Of a stretch of DNA of 32,000 nucleotides, positions 23,061 through 31,444 are shown piece by piece. The number at the start of each line of letters is the position of its first letter. The stretch's first letter is position 1. The notes beneath the pieces are model-generated. The model saw only the letters and a program-made list of their open reading frames with translations, did no database searches and was not told the origin of the DNA. The DNA lies in contig WIAH01000006.1 of NCBI GenBank assembly GCA_014055525.1, forward strand, positions 38,104 to 70,103, read 5' to 3'. The stretch comes from Nitrospira sp. CR1.3 (GTDB lineage: Bacteria; Nitrospirota; Nitrospiria; Nitrospirales; Nitrospiraceae). The translations under genes were made by a program, and so were the position numbers.

Positions 23061-23462
23061 TCACTCAGTCACTCCCCGCACGATGCCTTGCGCGTCGTAG
23101 CGGATCTGGACCTCTTTCTGTGGCCGCGCGGCGCTATCCTTCTTGCCTAACCCTGGCTCAATGGTCTGCATCCTGGTGGTGCTTGTTCCGAGAGGACCGG
23201 CTTGCGCCATGGGGACTTGAACGGGAGGGGCCGTGCGTGCGACAGGCCGGTAGGTGGCCGTTTCTCCTTCCTCATCGGCGCGGACAAGATCCGGCTCACC
23301 ATACTCCGCTATGACATCAGCCTTGGTGGTCTTTCCAACCTGAATCCACGCGGTGCGATCCACTGCTGTTGCTGCGCAGGCCCCTAGCCACATTGCCATA
23401 CCGAGCAGCAGGAAGTGGGGGAGCCGGTAATACGATGAAGCTGAAGGTGACGGTTGTTTCAT
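23061..23462 (-). CDS. Lipoprotein, SmpA/OmlA (BamE)-like
   Basis: The lipobox is MWLGAC. The mature part has VGKTTKADVIAEYGEPDLV, resembling the BamE-fold motif. Confidence 0.55.
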   Translation of the reverse strand: MKQPSPSASSYYRLPHFLLLGMAMWLGACAATAVDRTAWIQVGKTTKADVIAEYGEPDLVRADEEGETATYRPVARTAPPVQVPMAQAGPLGTSTTRMQTIEPGLGKKDSAARPQKEVQIRYDAQGIVRGVTE

Positions 23463-23612
23463 GCGACCCTCTCTTGAGATCTAGTCGACTGCCATTACAA
23501 CCTCGTCAGCGATCGTTCAATCTCTTGTAACGACTCCTGCCGTCGACCGCAGGAACGACTCAGAAGCGAACTGGAGATGCTGACTGCGTGCGGATCCGCC
23601 TGATCAGTCGCA

Positions 23613-24740
23613 CTAATGTCCGGTGAACGGCAGGAACGAGACCGCGATGGAAATGGTGATCAGCACGATGATAATCCACTCCAACAGCTCCATGCGACGG
23701 GTTCCCGCGCGGTCCGACATCTTGCCGTAGATGCTCTCCAGCGTTTCCAGTTTTCGCAAAATGCTCGCGTCCCATGCCTCCAGGTGGAACCGCTGAGAAA
23801 CGAGCCGATACACCCGGGCGAGGTATTGGTCCCCCAACAGCTTCAGCGTGTTGGTCACGCGCTCGAACAGGAGGGCGCCGTCGACTTGAAGCTGCGCGAT
23901 GTGGGTGGTGTCCTTATCGTAGGAACCCGGAAGCGACAGGAGGCGCGGTTTTCGAGACAGCGCCTCGTACCCTTGGTCGAGCGATTGGTCGAGCTGTTCG
24001 TCGAGCATGCGCATCTCCAGCAACTCGACGTTGGCGAATTCCAGCACGGACCGCACGTCGTCCATATCCCTTCCGAACAACACGGCCGCATGCCAGTCGA
24101 TCAAGGCGGCGTCTTCCGTTCCGAAGGAAATGCGACATGATACGGCGTCGCGAATTTCTTGGTCGGAGAGAGGAGCGTGTTCACCGCGCAGGATGCGGGC
24201 CAACTCCGCTTCCCGGCTCGCCCACAAGGGAGACCCAGAAGCCGGCGCCCAGGAATCGATTGCAAAGATGAGATAATCTTCCACCTCAGCGGCGATTTTC
24301 GGCCGTTCGACGGCGGAATTAATCACCTGCACGAGTTGCTCGACTCGCGCGCGCGATTCCGCTAACAGCAGCTCATGCTCATACAGTGACTCGCTGAGTT
24401 CGAGCAAGCCATCGAAGGGACCGTCCAGCGCAAAACGATAGGTAATGGTCACGGCGCCGAAGTCGTACACCATGACTTCGACGGTCGGACTCGACGAATA
24501 GGAACCAACCGTTAACGTGCCGCCCTCCTGCATCAAGCGAAGAGGGGCCGGGCGGTAGTCAAAATATTGCGGGGCCCTGGCTTTGTGGCGCAGCTTTCCG
24601 CGTTCGGTTCCCGCAGTAATGCGGCGATCGACCTCCTCCAAATTGATGGCGGAGCCGATGTCGTACGCGAACATCGCGTAACAGGTTCCCTTGTTGATGA
24701 GCAAGGTCTGATTGTCAATTGTCATACGATTTGTCCGCAT
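23613..24740 (-). CDS. DUF155/RMND1-like protein with C-terminal TM anchor
   Basis: 375 aa. CYAMFAYDIGSAINLEEV ... VMVYDFGAVTITY ... LEWIIIVLITISIAVSFL (terminal TM helix) match my recollection of the DUF155 layout. A TATAAT box (24757-24752, minus strand) lies 11 nt before the ATG. Confidence 0.55.
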   Translation of the reverse strand: MRTNRMTIDNQTLLINKGTCYAMFAYDIGSAINLEEVDRRITAGTERGKLRHKARAPQYFDYRPAPLRLMQEGGTLTVGSYSSSPTVEVMVYDFGAVTITYRFALDGPFDGLLELSESLYEHELLLAESRARVEQLVQVINSAVERPKIAAEVEDYLIFAIDSWAPASGSPLWASREAELARILRGEHAPLSDQEIRDAVSCRISFGTEDAALIDWHAAVLFGRDMDDVRSVLEFANVELLEMRMLDEQLDQSLDQGYEALSRKPRLLSLPGSYDKDTTHIAQLQVDGALLFERVTNTLKLLGDQYLARVYRLVSQRFHLEAWDASILRKLETLESIYGKMSDRAGTRRMELLEWIIIVLITISIAVSFLPFTGH

Positions 24741-24916
24741 TCAAACGCGCAATTATAGCAGGAAAGGTCTGCAGGCAGCCATGCGTCTTAAGTCCCTGAT
24801 CTCTTACGACATTCTATCGGTGCTCACAATTTGGTGACTGCGCGGTGCCCCACTGATGGTTAGTGTTGTTCCCACCGATCGATCCTTCGATTTCCTTCTC
24901 GCATCCTTAACAGACT

Positions 24917-24956
24917 CGTTACGCGATCTTGAATGCCGGAAGAATACAGCGTAACG
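24917..24956. promoter_or_regulatory. 8-bp inverted repeat CGTTACGC ... GCGTAACG (33-bp register) in the region upstream of the phoX locus
   Basis: Read directly: 24917-24924 and 24949-24956. A CTTAAC lies at 24906. Confidence 0.3.
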
Positions 24957-25047
24957 CACCTGTGCAAGAGTCTCACCGTTAGGATCCTGACGCACAAGCC
25001 AGCACATCGAGATTGGCTGCACCGAATGCCTCATTGGAGGAGGGTTC

Positions 25048-25212
25048 ATGGTACGACTGCGTTCAAAACCATCGTCTCCTGCGATAACAGATCGCTTGAG
25101 GCCTCATTCGCGATTGCCCTTTTTATCAGGAGTGGCGCGGCTGTTTACGAATGAGTCGCTGTTGCTGCGATTGAAACGAGTCATGGCGTTGCGCGGTTCA
25201 GTGCACGCCTAA
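25048..25212 (+). CDS. Possible 54-aa basic small protein upstream of phoX
   Basis: A GGAGGAGGG SD ends about 3 nt before the ATG. The product is MVRLRSKPSSPAITDRLRPHSRLPFLSGVARLFTNESLLLRLKRVMALRGSVHA, ending 39 nt before the phoX ATG. I recognise no homology. Confidence 0.3.
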   Translation: MVRLRSKPSSPAITDRLRPHSRLPFLSGVARLFTNESLLLRLKRVMALRGSVHA

Positions 25213-25251
25213 ATCGTGTCCACCATTAGTTTCTGGAAGAAGGAGAGATCC

Positions 25252-27216
25252 ATGAAGCATGACGAAGAGAGTTGCAATAAGTCGAAAAATGAGACATTTC
25301 AAGATGTGTTGGATGCCCGTATGTCCAGGCGAGGGCTGCTCAGCGGCGGCTTGGCTGCGGCCGCCTTTCTGTCACTGGGAGGAGTCGAGGCGCTCTTGAG
25401 AGCGGTTCCTGCGGCCGCCGGGGAGCAGAAGCGGCCGCTTCTCGGGTTTCAAGGTATCTCGGTGTCGGATGCCGATGCGGTGGTAGTGCCGCAGGGATAC
25501 ACCGCTGAAGTCCTGATTGCTTGGGGCGACCCGGTATCAAACGGCCCGGCCTTCAAGCAGGACGCCGGCAACAGCGCCGCTGATCAGGCGCTGCAATGGG
25601 GCATGCACAATGATGGACTGGTGTACTTTCCCATCCTGGGGTCTCAGCGAGGACTGCTCGTACAGAACAACGAATACACGGATGACGGCCTGTTGTTTCC
25701 GGACGGCGTGGCCAATTGGAGCCAGGAAAAAACGAACAAGTCGCTCAACGCGCATGGTGTGTCGATCATCGAAGTCACGAAGCGAAGCGGTTTCCCGTGG
25801 GATCGCAAGCGAAGACGCGGCGAATGGGACGTCGTGCGCCCTTCGCCGTTCGCCCGGCGAATCACCGGCATGACGCCGATCGCCATCGGGGGGCCGGCCG
25901 CCGGTGATCCAAGGCTGGCGACCAGCGCGGATCCGACCGGCACGCGAGTGCTCGGCACGCTGAACAATTGCGCCATGGGGGTTACGCCTTGGGGCACGTA
26001 CCTCGCCTGTGAAGAGAACTTCAACGGCTATTTCCGGAAGAACGGCCCGCAGACGCCGCTGGAAAAGCGGTACGGCATCACCGCGGCCGGCTTCGGCTAT
26101 CTGTGGCACCAGACGGATTTGCGATTCCAGACCGATGCGGAACCGAATGAGCCGAACCGGTTCGGTTGGGTGGTCGAGATCGATCCGTTCAGACCCAACT
26201 CAACGCCGGTCAAGCGCACCGCGCTCGGTCGCCTCAAGCATGAAGGCGCCTGGGTGCAGGAGACGAGAGACGACAAGGTTGTTGTGTACATGGGCGATGA
26301 CGAGCGGAACGAGTACATCTATCGCTACGTGTCGAATCAGCCATGGCGTGAGGCCCGGCGGCGGGGAATCAGTCCTCTCGACGACGGCATTCTGTACGTG
26401 GCCAAATTCAAGGCCGACGGAACCGGCGAATGGTTGCCGCTCACGCCAGCGAATCCGGCCTTGGCCGGATGGTCGCTGAACGACATTCTGATCAACACCC
26501 GCGGCGCCGCTGACGCGGCGGGCGCGACCATGATGGACCGTCCCGAATGGATCGATACGTTCCCTGAGTCGCTCACCGCGATCGCGACGCTGACCAACAA
26601 CAACCGCCGCGGCAGCAGCCCTCCGTCGGTCAACAATCCGGATGGGACCACCGCGGCCGGGTCCGCGCGGCCGCCGGTTGACGCGGCGAATCCACGCGCG
26701 ATCAACAACTACGGCCATATCATCCGGTGGTACTACGCGAGCGACTTCTCGGAGCCGACCTTCGGATGGGACATCTTCGCCCTTTGCGGCGACCCGGCCA
26801 ATGCGGCTCACGGTTCCACGATCATCGGGGACAAATACGGCTCGCCTGACGGCATCTATGTCGCGCCCAGCGGCCGTCTGTGGATTCAGACCGATGTCTC
26901 GACCTCGACGATCAACGCGGGGGCCTATGCCGGTTTCGGCAATAATCAGATGCTCTGCGCCGATCCCACCACGCGGGAGACGAGGCGGTTTCTGGTCGGT
27001 CCCAAGCAGTGCGAGATCACCGGCGCATTTCTCACGCCCGACGAGAAGACCATGTTCGTGGGTATCCAGCATCCGGGCGAGCGTCCCGACGATCTGCCGG
27101 GCAACCCGGCCAATCCGAAGGAATTCAGCTCCTGGCCGGACGGCGCAGCCGGCGGGAGGCCTCGCTCATCCTGCATCGTGATCACGAAAGACGACGGCGG
27201 GCAGATCGGCAGTTGA
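25252..27216 (+). CDS. phoX: PhoX-family alkaline phosphatase (DUF839), Tat-exported
   Basis: A GAAGGAGAG SD is present. The twin-arginine signal is SRRGLLSGGLAAAAFLSLG. Motifs are MHNDGLVYFP, NNEYTD, NCAMGVTPWGTYLACEENF, NRFGWVVEIDP, GRLKHEGA, MDRPEWI and GIQHPGE. Confidence 0.9.
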   Translation: MKHDEESCNKSKNETFQDVLDARMSRRGLLSGGLAAAAFLSLGGVEALLRAVPAAAGEQKRPLLGFQGISVSDADAVVVPQGYTAEVLIAWGDPVSNGPAFKQDAGNSAADQALQWGMHNDGLVYFPILGSQRGLLVQNNEYTDDGLLFPDGVANWSQEKTNKSLNAHGVSIIEVTKRSGFPWDRKRRRGEWDVVRPSPFARRITGMTPIAIGGPAAGDPRLATSADPTGTRVLGTLNNCAMGVTPWGTYLACEENFNGYFRKNGPQTPLEKRYGITAAGFGYLWHQTDLRFQTDAEPNEPNRFGWVVEIDPFRPNSTPVKRTALGRLKHEGAWVQETRDDKVVVYMGDDERNEYIYRYVSNQPWREARRRGISPLDDGILYVAKFKADGTGEWLPLTPANPALAGWSLNDILINTRGAADAAGATMMDRPEWIDTFPESLTAIATLTNNNRRGSSPPSVNNPDGTTAAGSARPPVDAANPRAINNYGHIIRWYYASDFSEPTFGWDIFALCGDPANAAHGSTIIGDKYGSPDGIYVAPSGRLWIQTDVSTSTINAGAYAGFGNNQMLCADPTTRETRRFLVGPKQCEITGAFLTPDEKTMFVGIQHPGERPDDLPGNPANPKEFSSWPDGAAGGRPRSSCIVITKDDGGQIGS

Positions 27217-27274
27217 GTCTAGGTTCAAAAAGCGGCGTGCGCGCCTGTGATCCAGACGCGCACGCCAAGCCGTC

Positions 27275-27598
27275 ATGATGCGGGCGACTTTCAATTCCTA
27301 CTTCGTCACTCCCCTGTTCGATCCATCGCTCGTGTCCCGGCGGCATGCGCTGGTGACCAATCTCTTGAAGGAAGTGGTGGAGATCCGTGAACTAAGTGAC
27401 GGGTACGCGTTCAGATGTAGCTGTTCCGATCCGGCGACGCAGCGCATGGCGGACTATATCCTGTTTGAGAGTGAACATTCGCCGGGGCTCACATTCGAGA
27501 TCGTGGTTGAAGCGGACCGCCGCGCATGCTGGTTACAGGTTCGCAACGACGTGATGGGTGGGCTTCCAGGCTCTGAGCTGAGATCGGCTCCGTGTTGA
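27275..27598 (+). CDS. Hypothetical protein
   Basis: 107-aa ORF with normal composition, 58 bp downstream of phoX. No SD and no motif I can name with confidence. Confidence 0.4.
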   Translation: MMRATFNSYFVTPLFDPSLVSRRHALVTNLLKEVVEIRELSDGYAFRCSCSDPATQRMADYILFESEHSPGLTFEIVVEADRRACWLQVRNDVMGGLPGSELRSAPC

Positions 27599-27679
27599 CT
27601 TTTCGATTAGAGCGGTTCAGGGTGGTGTTCGCGCAATTCTTCGCACACCGAGCGACTTAGAAATCTGATTACTCAACTT

Positions 27680-28489
27680 ATGGAGGAGGGGAGGATGCCA
27701 TCAATGAGATACGTCGCGATCGTTATGGCGCTGATTGCTCTGGGACTCGACGGGATCGTTCTGCCTGGCGCTTCGGCGATGGAGCGTGACAAACTCCTCA
27801 GCGATCCCGGTGTATATGGCACCTTTGCCGCGTTTCAGATCGACGATGAATGGAGACGATTGGATCAGAAGACAAGACAGGCGCATCTTAGCGCCCTGAA
27901 AGGGGTGGTGGAACGGCACAAAGACAAGCTGGCGATCGACACGTACCTGCTTAGGGGACTGTCGGATCATGCGGACTTCTTGTTCCGTCTCCACAGTACG
28001 GATTTAAAGGACAATCAGCAGTTTCTGGTGGATGTCCTGGCCACGCCGTTCGGTCAGTACCTGTCGAGCCAGACCATTTTTAACGGGATGTCCAAGAAGG
28101 CCAATTACGTTCCAGGATTTCCTGACCAGATGAAGGCCGACCTGAAGGTGCCGAGCGATAGCGGCACCTACGTCGCCGTCATCCCGATTCGCAAAGATGC
28201 CGATTGGTGGATGCTGCCTCAGGACAAGCGCCAGGCCATGATGCAAGAACATACGGAAGCGGCCCTGCCCTATCACAAGACCGTCAAGCGCAAACTGTAT
28301 CACTCAACGGGCCTCGATGACTTCGACTTCATTACGTATTTCGAGACGGCCAGGCCGGAGGATCTTCACAGTCTCATTCTGGCCTTGAGCAAAGTGAAGG
28401 AGGCGCATCACAACAAGCGGTTCGGTCATCCCACTCTCGTGGGAACCATCCGGTCGCTCGATCAGTTGATCGAGGTGTTTGGGCAGTGA
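27680..28489 (+). CDS. cld: Chlorite dismutase (Nitrospira-type, periplasmic)
   Basis: It is collinear with N. defluvii Cld as I recall it: LLRGLSDHAD, MQEHT (proximal His), VKRKLYHSTGLDDFDFITYFE (distal Arg), RFGHPTL. A signal peptide is present (MRYVAIVMALIALG...GASA). ATG 27695 and 27704 are alternative starts. Confidence 0.9.
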   Translation: MEEGRMPSMRYVAIVMALIALGLDGIVLPGASAMERDKLLSDPGVYGTFAAFQIDDEWRRLDQKTRQAHLSALKGVVERHKDKLAIDTYLLRGLSDHADFLFRLHSTDLKDNQQFLVDVLATPFGQYLSSQTIFNGMSKKANYVPGFPDQMKADLKVPSDSGTYVAVIPIRKDADWWMLPQDKRQAMMQEHTEAALPYHKTVKRKLYHSTGLDDFDFITYFETARPEDLHSLILALSKVKEAHHNKRFGHPTLVGTIRSLDQLIEVFGQ

Positions 28490-28502
28490 CCTGTCCGGTC
28501 AA

Positions 28503-28727
28503 TCAACGCTCCTCTACGGCGACGGATCCGTATCGCCTCCACCGCGTGTCGTTGTACACTGGTGTACGAGATCGTGTCGGTCTCAACTGGTGTTGATGGC
28601 GCCGGTGAAGTAGGATCTTCGGATCGATGACATCTCCGCAGTGCAGACAACGATAAGCCAGGACTCTCATTCCGCCGTCCTGCATGACTTCCGGTACTTT
28701 CAACCCTCTACATCGGACGCACTGCAT
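28503..28727 (-). CDS. Small zinc-ribbon protein (CxxC...CxxC, YgiT-like), paralogue 1
   Basis: The product is MQCVRCRGLKVPEVMQDGGMRVLAYRCLHCGDVIDPKILLHRR... An AAGGAAGGGGGG SD precedes ATG 28727. The track start 28790 would overlap the DksA/TraR gene. It is paralogous to 29884..30105. Confidence 0.55.
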   Translation of the reverse strand: MQCVRCRGLKVPEVMQDGGMRVLAYRCLHCGDVIDPKILLHRRHQHQLRPTRSRTPVYNDTRWRRYGSVAVEER

Positions 28728-28782
28728 GGTCCCCCCCTTCCTTGTGCTTCTGATGGTGTCTGAACATTGACCGTGCACACTC

Positions 28783-29232
28783 CTACGCATGCGAATGCTG
28801 GAGGCTTTTTGTCAACCTTCCTCTGGATTCGTCGACGGCCTGGCAGGGAACGCAGTACGAGGCTGCGGGTTGGACTTTCAACCTCGCGAAGGGAATTTCC
28901 TGTTCGCACCGGAGACACAGGCCGTATCGCCGCTGCTCCATTCGCTCAAGCGCGACGTCAATCTGACGGAGCTTCTCCCGCGAGCGCTCCTTGACCAGCA
29001 ATGACAGTTCCTGTTCCTGCTCGGCCGACGCTTGATCGAGCGGATCGGAGAGCAATGCCGCATCACCGGCTTGAATCAGTTCGTGAATTGTCGTCTGGAT
29101 CAGCGATCGTCGCTGGTGTTGTAGCTCCAGCCACAGATTTCGGTACAACGCTTTTGTCCGGTCAGGAAGGCGGGGACGAAACATCGGCTCAAGTGGAAGT
29201 GTGTTGGGCATGTGAGCGGTGAATCGCGTCAT
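28783..29232 (-). CDS. DksA/TraR-family C4 zinc-finger protein
   Basis: It has a coiled-coil region and YGLCLRCEQEIPFARLKVQPAASYCVPCQ. I prefer ATG 29232 (AAGGAGGG SD 6 nt upstream) over the track start GTG 29283. Confidence 0.8.
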   Translation of the reverse strand: MTRFTAHMPNTLPLEPMFRPRLPDRTKALYRNLWLELQHQRRSLIQTTIHELIQAGDAALLSDPLDQASAEQEQELSLLVKERSREKLRQIDVALERMEQRRYGLCLRCEQEIPFARLKVQPAASYCVPCQAVDESRGRLTKSLQHSHA

Positions 29233-29449
29233 GAGCACTCCCTCCTTTGCTTCATGTGGTGAAGTGTAACGGTCGCAAAGCACCAGGCAATCAGGATGCT
29301 GTCAAATCTCTGTAACGGGCTCCGGGAGAGGGTATCGTGGCAGGAGAGAGGCTTTGCTACCGTCGAGAGAGTCATTCGTGCGTAGGAAGCGGGAAAGTTA
29401 ACCGGTCTGTAACATGCCCTTATCGCAATCGTAATGGCGGTAAGCGACG

Positions 29450-29848
29450 ATGCGACTCATGGGTATCGTTGAGATCTCGAGGGTCCCGCTGGCGATCCTC
29501 GTCGTCGGTCTGGTTCTCCTGCCGACTGCCTGCACGAATCCTCACCAGTACATCGATGTCACCTGCGCCAAAATGCCCGGCGACACGGTGCTTGACCGGG
29601 AAGCGGCGATTCAGTGCCAGACGTTCCGTCAGGCTGAAGCAGCAACCGCGACGTATAATGAGGCGACGCTGCTGGTGAAGTCCTACCGCGCTTGTCTGGA
29701 AAAATATGAGCAGACGCCCGCCCGAGCGAAGGAATACTGCGCGCAGTATCCGAAGGCCCTTCAGGAGATCGGGTTGCAAATCAAAGATCAGCCGGATTCT
29801 TCACCGAGCAGAACCACCGCAGGCGCCGCGCCGTCGCGAGCAAAGTAG
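29450..29848 (+). CDS. Lipoprotein, unknown function
   Basis: The signal is PLAILVVGLVLLPTAC. The mature part is Cys-containing and helical, with an S/P/A-rich tail. Confidence 0.55.
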   Translation: MRLMGIVEISRVPLAILVVGLVLLPTACTNPHQYIDVTCAKMPGDTVLDREAAIQCQTFRQAEAATATYNEATLLVKSYRACLEKYEQTPARAKEYCAQYPKALQEIGLQIKDQPDSSPSRTTAGAAPSRAK

Positions 29849-29883
29849 CCTCGGTCCGTTGCAGGCAAGCCCCACGCTCTCGA

Positions 29884-30105
29884 TCAGTGCTCGCAATCCG
29901 TCGCGAAAGACTCACAGTGCCAGTCAGCCTGCTCTTCGTCCATCGGAGACGGAATCAATGGGGACGTTCTGTTCTTGAGGATGACGCCGTCGACGATTTC
30001 TCCGCACAGGAGACAGCGCCATCCGAGGGAACTGAGCCCGATGTCGCGAAACGCTTCAGGAATGATGAATCCCCCGCACCTTGTGCAACCGGTCACTGGT
30101 TCCAC
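29884..30105 (-). CDS. Small zinc-ribbon protein, paralogue 2
   Basis: CTRCGGFIIPEAFRDIGLSSLGWRCLLCGEIVDGVILKNR aligns with paralogue 1 on the shared pattern C.RC.G...PE...D......RCL.CG[DE][VI][IV]D..IL..R. The preferred start is GTG 30105 after GGGAGGTGGG; the track start is 30171. Confidence 0.5.
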   Translation of the reverse strand: MEPVTGCTRCGGFIIPEAFRDIGLSSLGWRCLLCGEIVDGVILKNRTSPLIPSPMDEEQADWHCESFATDCEH

Positions 30106-30187
30106 CGCCCACCTCCCTGGTTGAGGCTGTCCGAGCCATCTCCATCGGATGAGATGTCTTGGTGCCCTCACTATATAATTGAGCGAC

Positions 30188-30214
30188 GTTACAGAACGCG
30201 AAGTGGATCGTTAA
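30188..30214 (+). promoter_or_regulatory. GTTACAGAA motif plus GTTAA 22 bp downstream, between the lipoprotein and zinc-ribbon-2 genes
   Basis: GTTACAGAA lies at 30188-30196 and GTTAA at 30210-30214. A TATAAT/TATAGT-like AT box lies at about 30174-30182. Confidence 0.3.
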
Positions 30215-30268
30215 GATCGAGAAAAACTCTTGCGGCGGCATGTCGCGAAAAGGATGAATGGAGGTCGG

Positions 30269-30583
30269 TTAGTTCAGGGCTTTCGATTCCGGGTGGTCTT
30301 GGGGGCAGTCCCGTCGGTCCCACTGACGCAGCTCGTCTTCTGGATCAAAGGTGAGTGTGTACGTCGCGCAATCCGATCCTTTACCCTGAAAATCATACTC
30401 CCATACGGTGTCGCCGTTCCTGATTCGCTTCAATCGCTGCGGGTAGCCGAATTTGTGAATCAATTCCTGCTGAGTGGTCTGTCGGAGAGCGTCTTCCATG
30501 TACTCAACGCGGTAGGGGCCACAGGAACTCAGAGCAGCTGCGATGCCGGCGATCGCGAGAAGGAGGAGCGTTGGGCGAATCAT
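30269..30583 (-). CDS. Lipoprotein, BamE/SmpA-OmlA-like
   Basis: The signal and lipobox are LLLLAIAGIAAALSSC. The mature part has QQELIHKFGYPQRL. Confidence 0.65.
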   Translation of the reverse strand: MIRPTLLLLAIAGIAAALSSCGPYRVEYMEDALRQTTQQELIHKFGYPQRLKRIRNGDTVWEYDFQGKGSDCATYTLTFDPEDELRQWDRRDCPQDHPESKALN

Positions 30584-30616
30584 CTGATGGAAGCATGCCG
30601 GAATTGTTCGGCTAAC

Positions 30617-31444
30617 TCAAGCCGCGGCAGAGCAATCGTCCGGTCTATCGAGCGATGATGCGGCCTGGTTCGGGGCGAGAAGCTGCGACCCGGCGCTGAG
30701 CTTCGACAGGATCGCAGCGCGGGTCCTCTGCGCCAGTTCATGGCGGTCGTGTCGAGAACCAGCTAGGGCAGGGATGAAATGGAGGTCCATGTGCAAAGCT
30801 GGTTGGCTCAGGACCTGCCACGTGGACCCGACCAAGGTTTGCTCTCCGACAAATGCGGCGATCGCGGCCGGCTGTCCATCGGAGGTGTGATAGCGGAGGG
30901 CCACGGGCCACACGAGGGAGTGGCTGGTGACGGCCGGTTCGAGCAGGCCGGAATGAAAGCGAAGAACCGTGCGGCCGTCGGAGGTCGTTCCTTCCGGGAA
31001 AATCGCCACACATTCACCCCGCTTCAATGCCGCCTGTAACGACCGGTTGACTTGGATCAACTGTCCGGGATGCCGGCGTCGGAGAAACAGCGTGCCGGTT
31101 CGCGCAGCCAGCCAGCCGATGACCGGCCAGGCGCGCACCTCGGATTTGGCCACGAACCGGACCCTCTTGACGGCGTTGAGCGCCAGGATATCCAGCCAGG
31201 AGACATGATTGGCCACGAACATCACGGCGGTCGCCTCCGGTGGCGGGGCGTCGCCCCTGATCCGGACGTGTACGTTCAGAATGCGCAGACAGTCGAGCGA
31301 CCACCGGCGTATGAGGACATCTCGTTCCTTCGGTTTGGCGTAGGGAAACAGGATGGCCACAATGAGCACGCCCTTGGCGACGTGCCACATGAGACCGAGC
31401 GCGCGGATCGGAGTGATCAGGCCGCGGACGATTCGGTCAGACAT
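30617..31444 (-). CDS. olsA: Lyso-ornithine lipid O-acyltransferase (PlsC/AGPAT family)
   Basis: The HX4D motif is VANHVSWLD, and FPEGTTSDG is present. It lies directly downstream of the olsB-like gene. The start is ATG 31444 (28-nt overlap with olsB) or ATG 31390. The 5' 134 codons of track ORF ..31846 are out-of-frame olsB sequence. Confidence 0.8.
   Translation of the reverse strand: MSDRIVRGLITPIRALGLMWHVAKGVLIVAILFPYAKPKERDVLIRRWSLDCLRILNVHVRIRGDAPPPEATAVMFVANHVSWLDILALNAVKRVRFVAKSEVRAWPVIGWLAARTGTLFLRRRHPGQLIQVNRSLQAALKRGECVAIFPEGTTSDGRTVLRFHSGLLEPAVTSHSLVWPVALRYHTSDGQPAAIAAFVGEQTLVGSTWQVLSQPALHMDLHFIPALAGSRHDRHELAQRTRAAILSKLSAGSQLLAPNQAASSLDRPDDCSAAA

Noticed and set aside
26200-27072. 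290-aa minus-strand ORF inside phoX
   Set aside because: It is an Arg/Gly/Pro-rich antisense shadow ORF. The plus-strand frame has a Tat signal and PhoX motifs throughout.
29409-29434. ECF-sigma-type promoter reading (GTAAC-N16-CGTAA) of the GTAAC motifs
   Set aside because: Only this one copy has a CGT-type -10 element at the right spacing. The other GTAAC sites I checked (4955, 8751, 12649, 20516, 22421, 24951, 29312) do not. An ECF promoter is therefore not a general explanation for the motif.
30230-30658. 142-aa plus-strand ORF (TTG start) downstream of the 30188 motif
   Set aside because: It is antisense to a convincing lipoprotein gene (signal and lipobox LSSC) and has no SD or motifs. 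An antisense transcript from the TATAAT-like box near 30175 cannot be excluded.
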